52,946 nucleotides of DNA from Candidatus Aminicenantales bacterium (GTDB lineage Bacteria > Acidobacteriota > Aminicenantia > Aminicenantales > UBA4085). The notes beneath the pieces are model-generated. The model saw only the letters and a list, made by a program, of their open reading frames with translations. It made no database searches and had not been told where the DNA came from. Positions within the stretch are counted from its first letter, which is position 1. The number at the start of each line of letters is the position of its first letter. The translations under genes were made by a program, and so were the position numbers. Below, piece after piece: positions 17,583-28,762 of the stretch. The DNA lies in the NCBI GenBank assembly GCA_049515535.1, contig JBEKTZ010000012.1, forward strand, positions 62,001-114,946, given 5' to 3'.

Positions 17583-17726
17583 GGCCCGCCGGCCTCTTTC
17601 GCAGCCATCTTCGTTGTTGTTGACATTGATCCGCAGCCGGGATTATCTTCTTTTCGTGATGGGGAGCCTCGATTCCGAGCTCAATGGGAGCATAACTCGT
17701 GCAAAGCGAAAAAGCAAATCCTTATC
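17583..17726 (+). mobile_element. Solo copy of the IS91-like 3' end containing TTGACA-N18-TATCTT
   Basis: Colinear with the reverse complement of 11075..11217; ends GCGAAAAAGCAAATCCTTATC. Confidence 0.75.
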
Positions 17727-17826
17727 CCCCCATGTCCCCCAATTTCGCTTCAAAGATAAATTCTTCACGCCGGGGCTTTTTCCCATCGGGCCAAAGAAGT
17801 ATAATACCTGCCCGGAGATACGTAAA

Positions 17827-18891
17827 ATGGACAAGATCACTTTGGACCGAAACGAAAACCTCTATGGGCCCGCGCCGGCCTGCTATCGCGTTCTGCGCGA
17901 GGCCGGCCTCGACCAACTGAGCTTGTATTCGCGCGATTTCCAGCGGGGACGCAAGAGCGAGCTGTCGGACCGCCTGAGCCGGCGGTTCGGCCTCCCAGAA
18001 GAGCGTCTCCTGCTGAGCTACGGAAGCGAGGACATGCTGAAGCAGGTCGTCCAATGCTACCTGCGTCCCGGCGAGACCATTTTGCTGCCGCAGCAGTCGT
18101 GGTGGTACTACAAAGCCCTCGCTAAGGAGGCCCGGGGCGCCTGCCTCGAATACCCTCTAGTCGAGCGGGGCGACCGGTTCGAATTCGACGCCGACGAGAT
18201 CCTGCGCCTGGCCCGGACGCACGAGCCGCGCCTCGTGCTCATCGCCTCGCCCAACAATCCAACCGGCTCGTCCATGGACAGGGCCGCGCTCGTGGACCTG
18301 ATCGAGTGCTGCCCCTCGTCGATCATCGTTCTCGACGAGGCCTACCACGGCTTCTCCGAGGGGACCGACGAAGAGGTGAAGGGATTGCTGGACCGACACC
18401 CGCGGCTCATCCTTCTGCGGACATTTTCTAAATACTACGCCCTGGCCGGTTTGCGCGTCGGCTACGCCGGCATCGGCGAAGGCCTGAAGGATCTGGTCGT
18501 CTTCGCCGCCCGCTACCTGGGTTATAACCAGCTCACCGAGAAGATTGCCCTGGCCGCGCTGGACGACGAGGAATATTATCGCGGCATCGCGGCCCGGATG
18601 CGCAAGGACAAAGAGGCCTACCTGAAAGCCTTCGGCGCACTGGAGGGGTTCAAGCCCTTCCGCTCCGAGGCCAACTTCATGATGCTCCGCTATCCGACGG
18701 TGCACAAGGAGCCGTTGAACGCCGGATTGAAAGCCCGGGGGATCATCGTCAAGTTCCTCGACGACCCCGGCGTACAGGACTGCATCCGCATCACCATCGG
18801 GACGGAGAAGCAGAACCGGCGGGCCAGGGAAGCCTTCGCCGAGGTCGCGGCTTCCTTCGCCTCTCCAGCCCCCGTGCACAAGGCCGGCTAA
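17827..18891 (+). CDS. HisC/CobD-like PLP-dependent aminotransferase or decarboxylase (class I/II)
   Basis: LDRNEN, SPNNPTG, DEAY, LRTFSKYYALAGLRVGY, SEANF, IRITIG; start taken at ATG 17827 because the upstream extension is IS-end sequence. Confidence 0.88.
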   Translation: MDKITLDRNENLYGPAPACYRVLREAGLDQLSLYSRDFQRGRKSELSDRLSRRFGLPEERLLLSYGSEDMLKQVVQCYLRPGETILLPQQSWWYYKALAKEARGACLEYPLVERGDRFEFDADEILRLARTHEPRLVLIASPNNPTGSSMDRAALVDLIECCPSSIIVLDEAYHGFSEGTDEEVKGLLDRHPRLILLRTFSKYYALAGLRVGYAGIGEGLKDLVVFAARYLGYNQLTEKIALAALDDEEYYRGIAARMRKDKEAYLKAFGALEGFKPFRSEANFMMLRYPTVHKEPLNAGLKARGIIVKFLDDPGVQDCIRITIGTEKQNRRAREAFAEVAASFASPAPVHKAG

Positions 18892-19610
18892 TGACGGCCG
18901 TGATCCTGGCGGCCGGGGTGGCCTCCCGCCTCCAGCCCTTGACCGCGAATACGCCCAAGTCGCTGCTGCCGATTGGCGGAAAGCCGCTTCTCCAGCGCAG
19001 TCTCGAGACGCTCGACCAGTGCGGGATCGAGAAAACGATCATTGTCACCGGGTTCCTGCGGGAGATGATCGAAGGCTTTGTCGCCTCGCTCCGCCCCGCA
19101 ACGAAGGTCGAATTCGTCCACAACCCCATCTTCGATTCCACCAACAACAACTATTCCCTGTGGCTCGCCGGCACCGCGCTGAAGGGCGAAGAGATGGTCC
19201 TCCTGGACGCCGATGTCATCTTCCACGCCGGGATCCTGCGGCGGCTCCTGGACAACCCGCACCCGGACGCGCTCGTGTTGCGCTCCGAGGGCCGGCTCGG
19301 GGCGGAGGAGATCAAGGTCGAGTTGGACGCGGGGCGATACGTCTTGAAGATCGGCAAGGAGATTGATCCAAGGACGGCGGCCGGCGAGTCGGTCGGCCTA
19401 GAGAAGTTCTCTGCGGCCACGACGGAGCGTCTGTTCGACCTCCTGGGGCGGCGGAAAAGCATCTACGAATTCTACGAAGCCTCGTTCCAGGAAATGATCG
19501 ACGGAGGGGCGAAGGTCGCGGCGGTCGACAGCGGCGGACTGCCCTGCCTGGAGATCGACACGTTCGAGGACCTGCGGGCCGCCGAGGCTCTCGCCCCCTG
19601 TATAGAATAG
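18891..19610 (+). CDS. LicC-like phosphocholine/phosphonate cytidylyltransferase (NTP transferase)
   Basis: AVILAAGVASRL.PLT..PKSLL, TNNNYSLW, DADV, EEIKV, GESVGLEK, EIDTFEDL; TAATG coupling to the upstream gene. Confidence 0.87.
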   Translation: MTAVILAAGVASRLQPLTANTPKSLLPIGGKPLLQRSLETLDQCGIEKTIIVTGFLREMIEGFVASLRPATKVEFVHNPIFDSTNNNYSLWLAGTALKGEEMVLLDADVIFHAGILRRLLDNPHPDALVLRSEGRLGAEEIKVELDAGRYVLKIGKEIDPRTAAGESVGLEKFSAATTERLFDLLGRRKSIYEFYEASFQEMIDGGAKVAAVDSGGLPCLEIDTFEDLRAAEALAPCIE

Positions 19611-19630
19611 GGGTACATCAAGGAGGGAAC

Positions 19631-20002
19631 ATGGCTGAATCGTGGCTTGAGCAAGGGGAAGAGACAGTCGGGTCCTGGTCCGTTTTTTTGGGCGAGCCGC
19701 GGCCGAACTCCGAAAAAATCACGGGAAAACTCCACGTGACGAACCGCTATGTGCGTTTCGAGGCGGGGATCTCGCTCGAGGAAAACGCCGCGTCTCTGAT
19801 CGCTCGCCGGATCAAACCCTACGAGAAACTGAACGACCATGCCGCCATCCCCTTCAGCGCGATCGGGGAAGCCAAGATCGTCAAGAAGTCCTTGTTCCAA
19901 AAAGCGCTTTATCTCAAGCTGAAGTCCGGGGATGAGCTCGAATTCCAGTTCGGGGCGATGTCGCCCCAAAAAGCGCTGGACGGGATCATCGCCAAACTTT
20001 AG
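19631..20002 (+). CDS. Hypothetical protein (possible PH/GRAM-like fold)
   Basis: AGGAGG RBS, host-like codons; GKLHVTNRYVRF resembles GRAM/PH strands. Confidence 0.7.
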   Translation: MAESWLEQGEETVGSWSVFLGEPRPNSEKITGKLHVTNRYVRFEAGISLEENAASLIARRIKPYEKLNDHAAIPFSAIGEAKIVKKSLFQKALYLKLKSGDELEFQFGAMSPQKALDGIIAKL

Positions 20003-20129
20003 ATCATCCGGCGGCTCGGCTTTGGATATGGTCGAGGTCGATCTTCGTCACTTCTCTACTCTCCTGGCGACGCGTTTTAAAAAGCTCCCTCGGCTTTTTT
20101 GAGAAAGGCGTGACCTTCGAACGGAAGGA

Positions 20130-20384
20130 TCAGATCTTCGATTCTTCGACGGCCTTCTGAAACAGCCGCGTGTTGAGGTGGCAGAAGGCGCAGGCCAGGG
20201 CGTCGGAAGCATCTTCTTCCAGGCCGTCGTCGTCGATGTTCAACAGGGCTTTGACCATGACGCCGACCTGGCTTTTATCGGCTTGGCCGTACCCCGTCAC
20301 GGCTTTCTTGATCTTGAGCGGGGAATATTCGAACAAAGGCCGGGCATGTTCGGCGACGGCGACGAGGACCGCGCCCCGCACCTG
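20130..20384 (-). pseudogene. ruvC: C-terminal half of Holliday junction resolvase RuvC
   Basis: QVRGAVL..EYSPLKIKKAVTGYGQADKSQV..MV..LL..DASDALACA; N-terminal GIDPG catalytic segment absent. Confidence 0.85.
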
Positions 20385-20493
20385 AAGTTATATTGGCCAG
20401 GACGATATCCGGGGAGGGCGCCGCCGGTCCAACGAGGAAGAACGATAATCCAAGATAAATGACCGCTTTGAGAATCCGGTTTCTTTGACTCAT
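20385..20493 (-). pseudogene. N-terminal remnant of an exported protein, fused out of frame to the ruvC remnant
   Basis: MSQRNRILKAVIYLGLSFFLVGPAAPSPDIVLANIT: signal-peptide-like, then runs into ruvC DNA in another frame. Confidence 0.45.
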
Positions 20494-20550
20494 GATGTCG
20501 CCCCCATGATGTTGGATTCTTGTTATATAATAGGGCCAAGGAGGTCCGAA

Positions 20551-21549
20551 ATGAATAAATCATGGGTATTCATAGTCATAAGCGTTTCCGCGCTCTCGTT
20601 GTTTTCGGCCCCCGGCCTTGGAAAATCCGTCCGGCCTGTCCACACCTATTCGATCGTGGCCCTGGACAAGGCCACGGGCGAACTCGGGGTCGCCGTCCAA
20701 TCCCACTGGTTTTCGGTCGGAGCGCTTGTTCCCTGGGTCGAAGCGGGAGTGGGCGCCGTCGCGACGCAATCGTTCGTCGAACCGTCCTATGGCCCGTTGG
20801 GACTCGAGCTTATGAAAGTCGGGAAGAGCGCCGACGAAGCCCTGGTCGGGCTGTTGAAGGCGGACAAGAACGAGTCCGTCCGCCAGGTGGCCATGGTGGA
20901 CGCCCGGGGAAAAGCGGCCGCGCACACCGGAAAGAATTGCATCGCCGAAGCGGGTCAACACGTCGGCGACGGTTTTTCCTGCCAGGCGAACATGATGCTG
21001 AAAAACACCGTATGGGACGCCATGGCCCGGGCGTTCGAGACGACAAAGGGCGAACTGGCCGACAGATTGATCGCCGCGCTCGAAGCGGCCGAGAAAGAAG
21101 GCGGAGACATCCGGGGAAAACAATCGGCGGCCATCATCGTCGTCAAAGGCAAGAGCTCGGGCGTCTGGTGGAAAGATCGCATTTATGACCTGAGGGTCGA
21201 GGACAGCGTCGCGCCGGTCCCTGAGCTCAAGCGGCTCCTCAAGCTCAACAAAGCCTATAATCACATGAACCAGGGAGACGAATATCTGACTGAAAACAAG
21301 ACGGCCGAGGCGATGAAAGAATATTCGAAAGGGATGGACATTTATCCGGACAACCCGGAGATGATCTTCTGGCCGGCGGTGACCCTGGCCGCGACGGGCA
21401 AGGTCGAGGAAAGCCTGCTGCTTTTCAAAAAAACGTTCGCCTTGGACCCGAACTGGGCGCTTTTGTTGCAGCGCTTGCCCAAGGCCGGCCAATTCCCAAA
21501 CGACGACAAGCTGATGAAGAAGATCCTGGCGGTCGTGCCCAAGAAATGA
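20551..21549 (+). CDS. Exported DUF1028-family (Ntn-hydrolase-like) protein with C-terminal TPR
   Basis: Signal peptide, TYSIVA.D..TGELGVAVQS, GVGAVATQS, RQVAMVD, GGDIRGKQSAA, DLRVED..P..EL; AGGAGG RBS. Confidence 0.85.
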   Translation: MNKSWVFIVISVSALSLFSAPGLGKSVRPVHTYSIVALDKATGELGVAVQSHWFSVGALVPWVEAGVGAVATQSFVEPSYGPLGLELMKVGKSADEALVGLLKADKNESVRQVAMVDARGKAAAHTGKNCIAEAGQHVGDGFSCQANMMLKNTVWDAMARAFETTKGELADRLIAALEAAEKEGGDIRGKQSAAIIVVKGKSSGVWWKDRIYDLRVEDSVAPVPELKRLLKLNKAYNHMNQGDEYLTENKTAEAMKEYSKGMDIYPDNPEMIFWPAVTLAATGKVEESLLLFKKTFALDPNWALLLQRLPKAGQFPNDDKLMKKILAVVPKK

Positions 21550-21578
21550 TCAGGGCCTGACGTTCAGCAGAGAGCTCA

Positions 21579-22856
21579 TTAAAGCCTCAGCCGGGAGATC
21601 AGCGTGTCCAAATAGCGCGATTTCATCTGCCGGCTGGCAAGAGCTTGTTTGAGAGGGGGGAGCTTGAGAATGACGCCCAGGATGGCGGCCATGGCCCGGT
21701 GGCTCATCAAGGCCTGGTTGTCGAAGACGAGATTCTGGAGCTTGCCCCGCTCAATGGCCATCAGGACGGCTTTATGCGTGGAATTCAGCGGCGTGATCAC
21801 GCGCTGCGGCCGGGATTTCAAGCGCAGATTTTTCGTTTTGCAGGCGCGGACGCAGACCGCGCAGCCTAGGCAGATGCCCTCGTCGAGCTTGGCCCTTTTC
21901 CTTTTCGGATGAGCGGGATCGTTGGCCGAGACGAGCGTCATGGCCTCGACCGGGCAGACGGCCACGCAGTCGCCGCAGCCCGAGCAGGCCGCCTCGATCT
22001 CGGGAATGAAATTCGTCGTATGGACCGGCCGCATGATCCCGAAACGGCGCGCGGCGGTCATCGCTTCACAGCAACAGCCGCAGCAGTTGCAGATGAAGCT
22101 GACCCGTTTTCGGATGTTCTCGCCGAACTGGACGAGGTTGCGATCATAAGCTTGTTGAAGAAGGGCCAGCCCTTCTGCGACATCGACCGCCCTAGCAAAG
22201 CCATGCTTGATGAGCGACGCCGCGGTCGTATTGAACGTCATGCAAATGTCCTGGGGGGCATCGCAAGCTTTGCCGATGTGCTCCATTTTGTGGCGGCAGT
22301 AGCAGAGGCCGACGCCCCGATGAGAGGCGGTCTTGACGACCTCGCTCGCCCGCTCGTAGTCCAGGACGTGAAGAGCGTTGTCATTGGACAGCACGGGCTC
22401 GCTGACGAAGACGCGCCCCAGTTGCGTCTCTCCTTGGAGGAACAGAGCTTTGATGAAATCTTCCTCGACCGTGATGTATTGGTAATAAAGCTCGGCCAGG
22501 AGCTTTTGATCGATATCCCCGCGCAAGCGCATCATCGAGAATTCGAAGAATCCGGCCATGGGCGGCGGGAGGACGTAATAGGAATTCTTCCGGCCGGCGA
22601 TGTCGATGAGGATGGCCCGGCTCGCCAGGCCGTCCAGGATTTTGCGGGCTTCCGTAATGTTCATTTTCCAAGCTCGCGCGGCGGTTTTCGCGGTGAAAGG
22701 CTTGATGGGCAGGAGAGCGACGAGCCCGGCTTCTTTCTCGCTGAAGAGAAGCCCGAGGATCTTGTAGAGGACCTCCGAAGGCGGGGCTCCTTGTGGGAAT
22801 TTATTGAGCCTCTTGACCAGCTCGGCGTAACCGGATCGGGCCGTCGCGTGGGCCAT
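21579..22856 (-). CDS. 4Fe-4S dicluster domain protein with Cys-rich domain
   Basis: CYCRH..C..C, ICNCCGCCC, CSGCGDCVAVCP, CLGCAVCVRAC; GGAGG RBS. Confidence 0.85.
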   Translation of the reverse strand: MAHATARSGYAELVKRLNKFPQGAPPSEVLYKILGLLFSEKEAGLVALLPIKPFTAKTAARAWKMNITEARKILDGLASRAILIDIAGRKNSYYVLPPPMAGFFEFSMMRLRGDIDQKLLAELYYQYITVEEDFIKALFLQGETQLGRVFVSEPVLSNDNALHVLDYERASEVVKTASHRGVGLCYCRHKMEHIGKACDAPQDICMTFNTTAASLIKHGFARAVDVAEGLALLQQAYDRNLVQFGENIRKRVSFICNCCGCCCEAMTAARRFGIMRPVHTTNFIPEIEAACSGCGDCVAVCPVEAMTLVSANDPAHPKRKRAKLDEGICLGCAVCVRACKTKNLRLKSRPQRVITPLNSTHKAVLMAIERGKLQNLVFDNQALMSHRAMAAILGVILKLPPLKQALASRQMKSRYLDTLISRLRL

Positions 22857-22904
22857 GGTCCTCCATTCATATCAAATCATCGGACGCGGCGCAAGGGCGT
22901 TCTG

Positions 22905-22933
22905 TTGCTTTCTTCGCCCATAATTCCTATAAT
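22905..22933 (+). promoter_or_regulatory. Putative sigma70 promoter of the amino-acid permease
   Basis: TTGCTT-N17-TATAAT, then AAGGAG RBS. Confidence 0.6.
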
Positions 22934-22956
22934 CGGCCTCATTAAAGGAGCTCCGC

Positions 22957-24441
22957 ATGGCCGATCAAATAGGGAAAAAAGTTATAGAGCTGAGGCGGGA
23001 GATGGGTCTCCTGGCCGCCGTCGCGGCCGGCGTGGGCGCGATCATCGGGTCGGGGATCTTTAAAAAACCCGCCCTCATGGCGACGCAGTTGGGCTCGCCC
23101 GAACTGCTCATCCTCGTCTGGGTGGTCGCCGGCGTCATGACCCTCTTCGGCGCGCTGAGCATCGCTGAGATCTCGGGGATGTTCCAGGATCCCGGCGGCC
23201 AGTACATCTATTTCAACAAAGGCTACAACAAATTCGTCGGATATTTGTACGGCTGGGCGGTTTTCATCGTCATCCAGACGGGGTCGCTGGCGGCCATCGC
23301 CTACGTTTTTTCGGATTCACTGGGGACGTTCGTCAAATTCCCTCATTTGCCCGCCGCCTGGGAAAACGTCAGCGTGCCGATCCCCTTCATCGGGGTCATG
23401 ACGCCCTTTAAATCCATCGGGGTCAAGCTCTGCACGATCGCCCTGATCGCCTTTCTGACCGTGATGAACTACCTCGGAGTCAAGTTCGGCAGCGCCATCG
23501 CGGTCATTTTTTCGGCCCTCAAGATCGGCGTCCTTGTCGCCATCGTCGTCCTGGCCTTCGCCCTCGGCCACGGCAATTTCGGCAACTTCACCTCCACGGC
23601 CCCGCTCGCGGCAGCGGCCGGGTCGCCCTCGGTCTTCCTCATGTTCATCATGGCCATGGCCGGAGCGTTCTGGGCCTACGACGCTTGGATCAACATCACC
23701 TACATGTCGGGTGAGATCAAGAACGTCCAGAAGAATCTGCCGCGGGCGATGGCGATCACCGTCCTCATCGTCATCGCCGTCTACGTCCTCATCAACCTGG
23801 CCTATATCTATATCATCCCGGTCCCGACCATGGCTGCCAAATATTCGGAAAATTATCTGGTTGCCGTCGATGTCGCCGGGAGCTTCCTCGGCAAGTGGGG
23901 CGGCGCGGCGATCGCCATCGCCATCATGATCTCGACGTTCGGGGCCGTGAACAGCACCGCTATGATGTCGGCCCGGGTCTATTTCGCCATGGCCCGCGAG
24001 AAGCTCTTCTTTCGGAAGCTCGGATACATCCATCCCCGATTCCGGACGCCGGGCACCGCCCTGATCGTCCAGGGCGCCTGGGCAGCGGTCCTGGTGTTCA
24101 GCGGAACGTTCGACCAGCTTACGGACATGCTGATCTTCGTCAGCTGGGTCTTTTACGCCCTCGCCGCAGCCAGCGTTTTCACCCTGCGCAAAAGAATGCC
24201 GGATACGCCCCGGCCCTACAAAGTCTGGGGATATCCCGTGACGCCCATCCTCTTCGTTCTGTTCGCTTCCGTCTACATCGTCTTCACTCTCTACTCGGAC
24301 ATCACCAGCTTCGCCGCCGGACGAGCGCCGATCATCAATTCAGTCATGGGCTTGTTCTGGGTCGCCCTCGGCGTCCCGGGCTACCTCTATTGGAACCGCA
24401 AGCGGAATAAAGAATCCGCAGAGACGAATCCTAAAGCCTGA
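22957..24441 (+). CDS. APC-family amino acid permease (LAT/SteT-like)
   Basis: IIGSGIF, GGQYIY, FWAYDAW, EIKNVQKNLP, RVYFAMAR, RPYKVWGYP; ~12 TM. Confidence 0.92.
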   Translation: MADQIGKKVIELRREMGLLAAVAAGVGAIIGSGIFKKPALMATQLGSPELLILVWVVAGVMTLFGALSIAEISGMFQDPGGQYIYFNKGYNKFVGYLYGWAVFIVIQTGSLAAIAYVFSDSLGTFVKFPHLPAAWENVSVPIPFIGVMTPFKSIGVKLCTIALIAFLTVMNYLGVKFGSAIAVIFSALKIGVLVAIVVLAFALGHGNFGNFTSTAPLAAAAGSPSVFLMFIMAMAGAFWAYDAWINITYMSGEIKNVQKNLPRAMAITVLIVIAVYVLINLAYIYIIPVPTMAAKYSENYLVAVDVAGSFLGKWGGAAIAIAIMISTFGAVNSTAMMSARVYFAMAREKLFFRKLGYIHPRFRTPGTALIVQGAWAAVLVFSGTFDQLTDMLIFVSWVFYALAAASVFTLRKRMPDTPRPYKVWGYPVTPILFVLFASVYIVFTLYSDITSFAAGRAPIINSVMGLFWVALGVPGYLYWNRKRNKESAETNPKA

Positions 24442-24538
24442 GGCCGAAAAAAGGCTGGATCGGTGCTCAGCCCGTCCGCGCCGGCACATGATCTAACCGC
24501 TTCTAAACCTGAAAGAGATCGGCTCGATGGTCGTCTGA

Positions 24539-26758
24539 TCAGTAGATCTTATCGATCTTGATCCCGTGATAGTATTTTTTCAGGATTTCGCCGTACGTCG
24601 CGCCTTTTTGGGCCATTCGGTAGGCTCCGACCTGACAGAGGCCGACGCCGTGTCCCCAGCCCTTACCGGAAAACAGGAAATGGCCGACGCGGCCGTCTTG
24701 ATCATATTCGCGGTCGACGACGAAAAGAGTGTCTCTGAGGTTTAGAACCTGGCGGATCTTCAGCCCGAGGACCCGGACTTGGCTCTCCCGGCCGATGATC
24801 GCAAGTTCGATCACCCGTTTGGAAACGCCGCGTTTCTGGGGGATAAGGTCGACGAGTCCTCCGATCGGATAATACTGGTTGAGGCGCGTCTCCAGATCCT
24901 CCCGCGACATCCGGACCTCCCAGCGATGGAACTGCGATGGATTGTCCAACACGTTGCTGATGGAGGAGGAAACGGATTGGAGAAGCCTGATCTTCCCCTC
25001 GCTTTCGATCCATTTCACGACATCTCCCCCGGAAAGTTCGAAGGAGGGGGTGAAGGACAAAGCATCATCCATGTTTCTGAGAAGGAAGATGTTGGGCGCA
25101 AGCTCGAGCTCCTTCGGCTTGTCGTCTTCCATCAGTTCGAGCTTGTTTTTCACCAGGCCCTTGAGATATCCCTGATGATAGAAATCCTTATATGTCGATA
25201 CGGCCTTGGCCAGATAATAAGCGGCCTCGGCCCTGGTCAAAATGCGGTTCTTCTCGCCGACGCCGGCGTCAAAGGCCGGATAGATCCCGGAAATGATGAA
25301 GTAGGCCAGAGCGTTTTTGTCCTCGGCCGTGAGCAACGGAAAATCCTTGGTGGCGCGGTCCGTTTCGCTTCTCCCGATCAGGTTTTGAACGCGTTCCTGC
25401 CATTGAAAACCCTCGATGACGATGCGGGCAAAGGCCGCGTGATTCATTAACGTTTGTTCGGGAGCGAATTTCTCGTTTTTCTTCCCGAGTTGGACGAGGG
25501 CTTTCCGGATCCAATCGGCGGCTTCGGCGGCGACGGCCGCTTCCCTGAAATAGGCCGCTTTCGTCTCCTGTGGCAGGATGCCCAAGGCCATGAGATAGGC
25601 CAGCTTGGGACCGACGTTCATCCCGGAAACCTGGATGGGCGGAAGAATGGCCGGACTCTGAAACTGCCATCCTTCATCTTTCTCCAGGACGCACTCGGTG
25701 CTTTTGAGATAAGGCACGGAATTGCCTTCGAACATCTTTTCCGCGTCCTCGGTGGCGCCTCCGCACGTGCTGGTATAGAGCGCGTTGATCAATTTTCCGT
25801 CGTAAGTGGCCACCTCTCCCCTGGTTTCATCGACCGCGCGAGTGCTCAGGGGATGTTCGATGCTCATGCCCTCATAGACCTGGGAAGCCGGCGTAGCGTA
25901 CAGATCGAAACCGAGGTCGTCGAACTGGCCGATATTTTTGAGGGCGTAGGTCCGGGCGGCGATCGCCTGGGCTTTTTGAGCCTCGAGCTCGCCGAAATAA
26001 TAAGGCGAAAGCTCGCCGGGGACGACCCCCTTCAAGTATTCCTCGAGATTCAGGATATTGATCAATAGGACCCCCCTGCGGCTCCCCCGCAGGACGAAGA
26101 TTCCCCGGAAGTTCCGGCCGTTGTAGGATAAATAGCTTTCAGGGCTGCCGGGGATGAAGTACAAGGACGTCGCGGCGTCCAAATTAATGAGTTCGTCGTT
26201 TACCAGAACCCATTGCGGCCGCGAGGTCGGCTCCGTGACTTCCTCCCGGATGATCCAGGCGTTCTTGAGGCCGAGTCGGGACAATTTCTTAATGAACTCC
26301 AGGGCTTCGCCGCGCGTCAAGAAGTCCCCCACGCGGACCTGATAGATGCCGTCGAGTTCGTTCTCCTTGTCTTGGGCCACGTAAACCCGTCTGTCGATCT
26401 TATCTTTGAGTTCTTTGGCCATAGCCTCGGCATCGTCTTTTTTTCTCGCTTGGGCGACCTGAATGACGAACTTTTCGGTCAATTTTTCCTTATGCCCCTT
26501 GACCCGGACCTGGGATGCGTCCGCGGCCAACAGCTTATAATTCCCTCCAGCCCGGTAAATTTTCATGCCGGAGGAAGCGTGGACGTGAACGTCCTCGAGG
26601 TTCAGACCCAGGGCGATCCGAATGACCGGCTTTTGGATGAGAAATCCTTGAAAGAAGACGTTTTCCTGGCCGAATTCGGCCGGACGGCCGCCCAGAAAAA
26701 ACATGACGAAAAAAGCGAGGGCAAAATATTTATGGTTCTGACGGATGGTTTTTGGCAT
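24539..26758 (-). CDS. SpoIID/LytB-domain lytic transglycosylase with SPOR domain
   Basis: SPOR (FVIQV..YQVRVGDF..AWII); LEEYLKGVVPGE, KAQAIAARTYA, SQVYEG, STCGG.TE; C-terminal GKGWGHGVGLCQVGA..IL.KYY. Confidence 0.88.
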   Translation of the reverse strand: MPKTIRQNHKYFALAFFVMFFLGGRPAEFGQENVFFQGFLIQKPVIRIALGLNLEDVHVHASSGMKIYRAGGNYKLLAADASQVRVKGHKEKLTEKFVIQVAQARKKDDAEAMAKELKDKIDRRVYVAQDKENELDGIYQVRVGDFLTRGEALEFIKKLSRLGLKNAWIIREEVTEPTSRPQWVLVNDELINLDAATSLYFIPGSPESYLSYNGRNFRGIFVLRGSRRGVLLINILNLEEYLKGVVPGELSPYYFGELEAQKAQAIAARTYALKNIGQFDDLGFDLYATPASQVYEGMSIEHPLSTRAVDETRGEVATYDGKLINALYTSTCGGATEDAEKMFEGNSVPYLKSTECVLEKDEGWQFQSPAILPPIQVSGMNVGPKLAYLMALGILPQETKAAYFREAAVAAEAADWIRKALVQLGKKNEKFAPEQTLMNHAAFARIVIEGFQWQERVQNLIGRSETDRATKDFPLLTAEDKNALAYFIISGIYPAFDAGVGEKNRILTRAEAAYYLAKAVSTYKDFYHQGYLKGLVKNKLELMEDDKPKELELAPNIFLLRNMDDALSFTPSFELSGGDVVKWIESEGKIRLLQSVSSSISNVLDNPSQFHRWEVRMSREDLETRLNQYYPIGGLVDLIPQKRGVSKRVIELAIIGRESQVRVLGLKIRQVLNLRDTLFVVDREYDQDGRVGHFLFSGKGWGHGVGLCQVGAYRMAQKGATYGEILKKYYHGIKIDKIY

Positions 26759-26889
26759 TGTTTGATCTATTGGACTTGGCAGTATTAAAAGCTGATTCTC
26801 AGCGAAAAGTCAGGTCAAATCTTCTATCTGTGCTACCTTTTAATAATATATACCATATGTTGTATTTTTCTGAGCAACTAGGCTAACTT

Positions 26890-26918
26890 ATAATACCGAA
26901 GAACCGGCCTTTTGTCAA
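26890..26918 (-). promoter_or_regulatory. sigma70 promoter of the SpoIID-like gene
   Basis: Minus strand TTGACA-N17-TATTAT. Confidence 0.7.
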
Positions 26919-26943
26919 GTCCGGGGCCGCTCGGGGCTTGTCT

Positions 26944-26971
26944 TTGACTTTTCAAAAGAATCCGCTATAAT
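26944..26971 (+). promoter_or_regulatory. sigma70 promoter of the acsA-carrier-kbl-satP operon
   Basis: TTGACT-N16-TATAAT. Confidence 0.7.
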
Positions 26972-27009
26972 CTCTTTTCTTTGAATGCAATTTCAAAAAA
27001 GGACGCGTT

Positions 27010-28713
<1,704 letters not shown>

Positions 28714-28762
28714 CGAGCGTCATGCGCCTAAAAACTTCTCGTTTATCATAAGGAGTCATAAT

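Noticed and set aside
17614..17826. 71-codon N-terminal extension of the PLP enzyme (and the similar ORF 10944..11186)
   Set aside because: Largely translated IS-end sequence; family similarity begins at MDKITLDRNEN
20079..20100. Bidirectional terminator AAAAAGC..GCTTTTT
   Set aside because: Only 2 GC pairs in the stem; too weak to call
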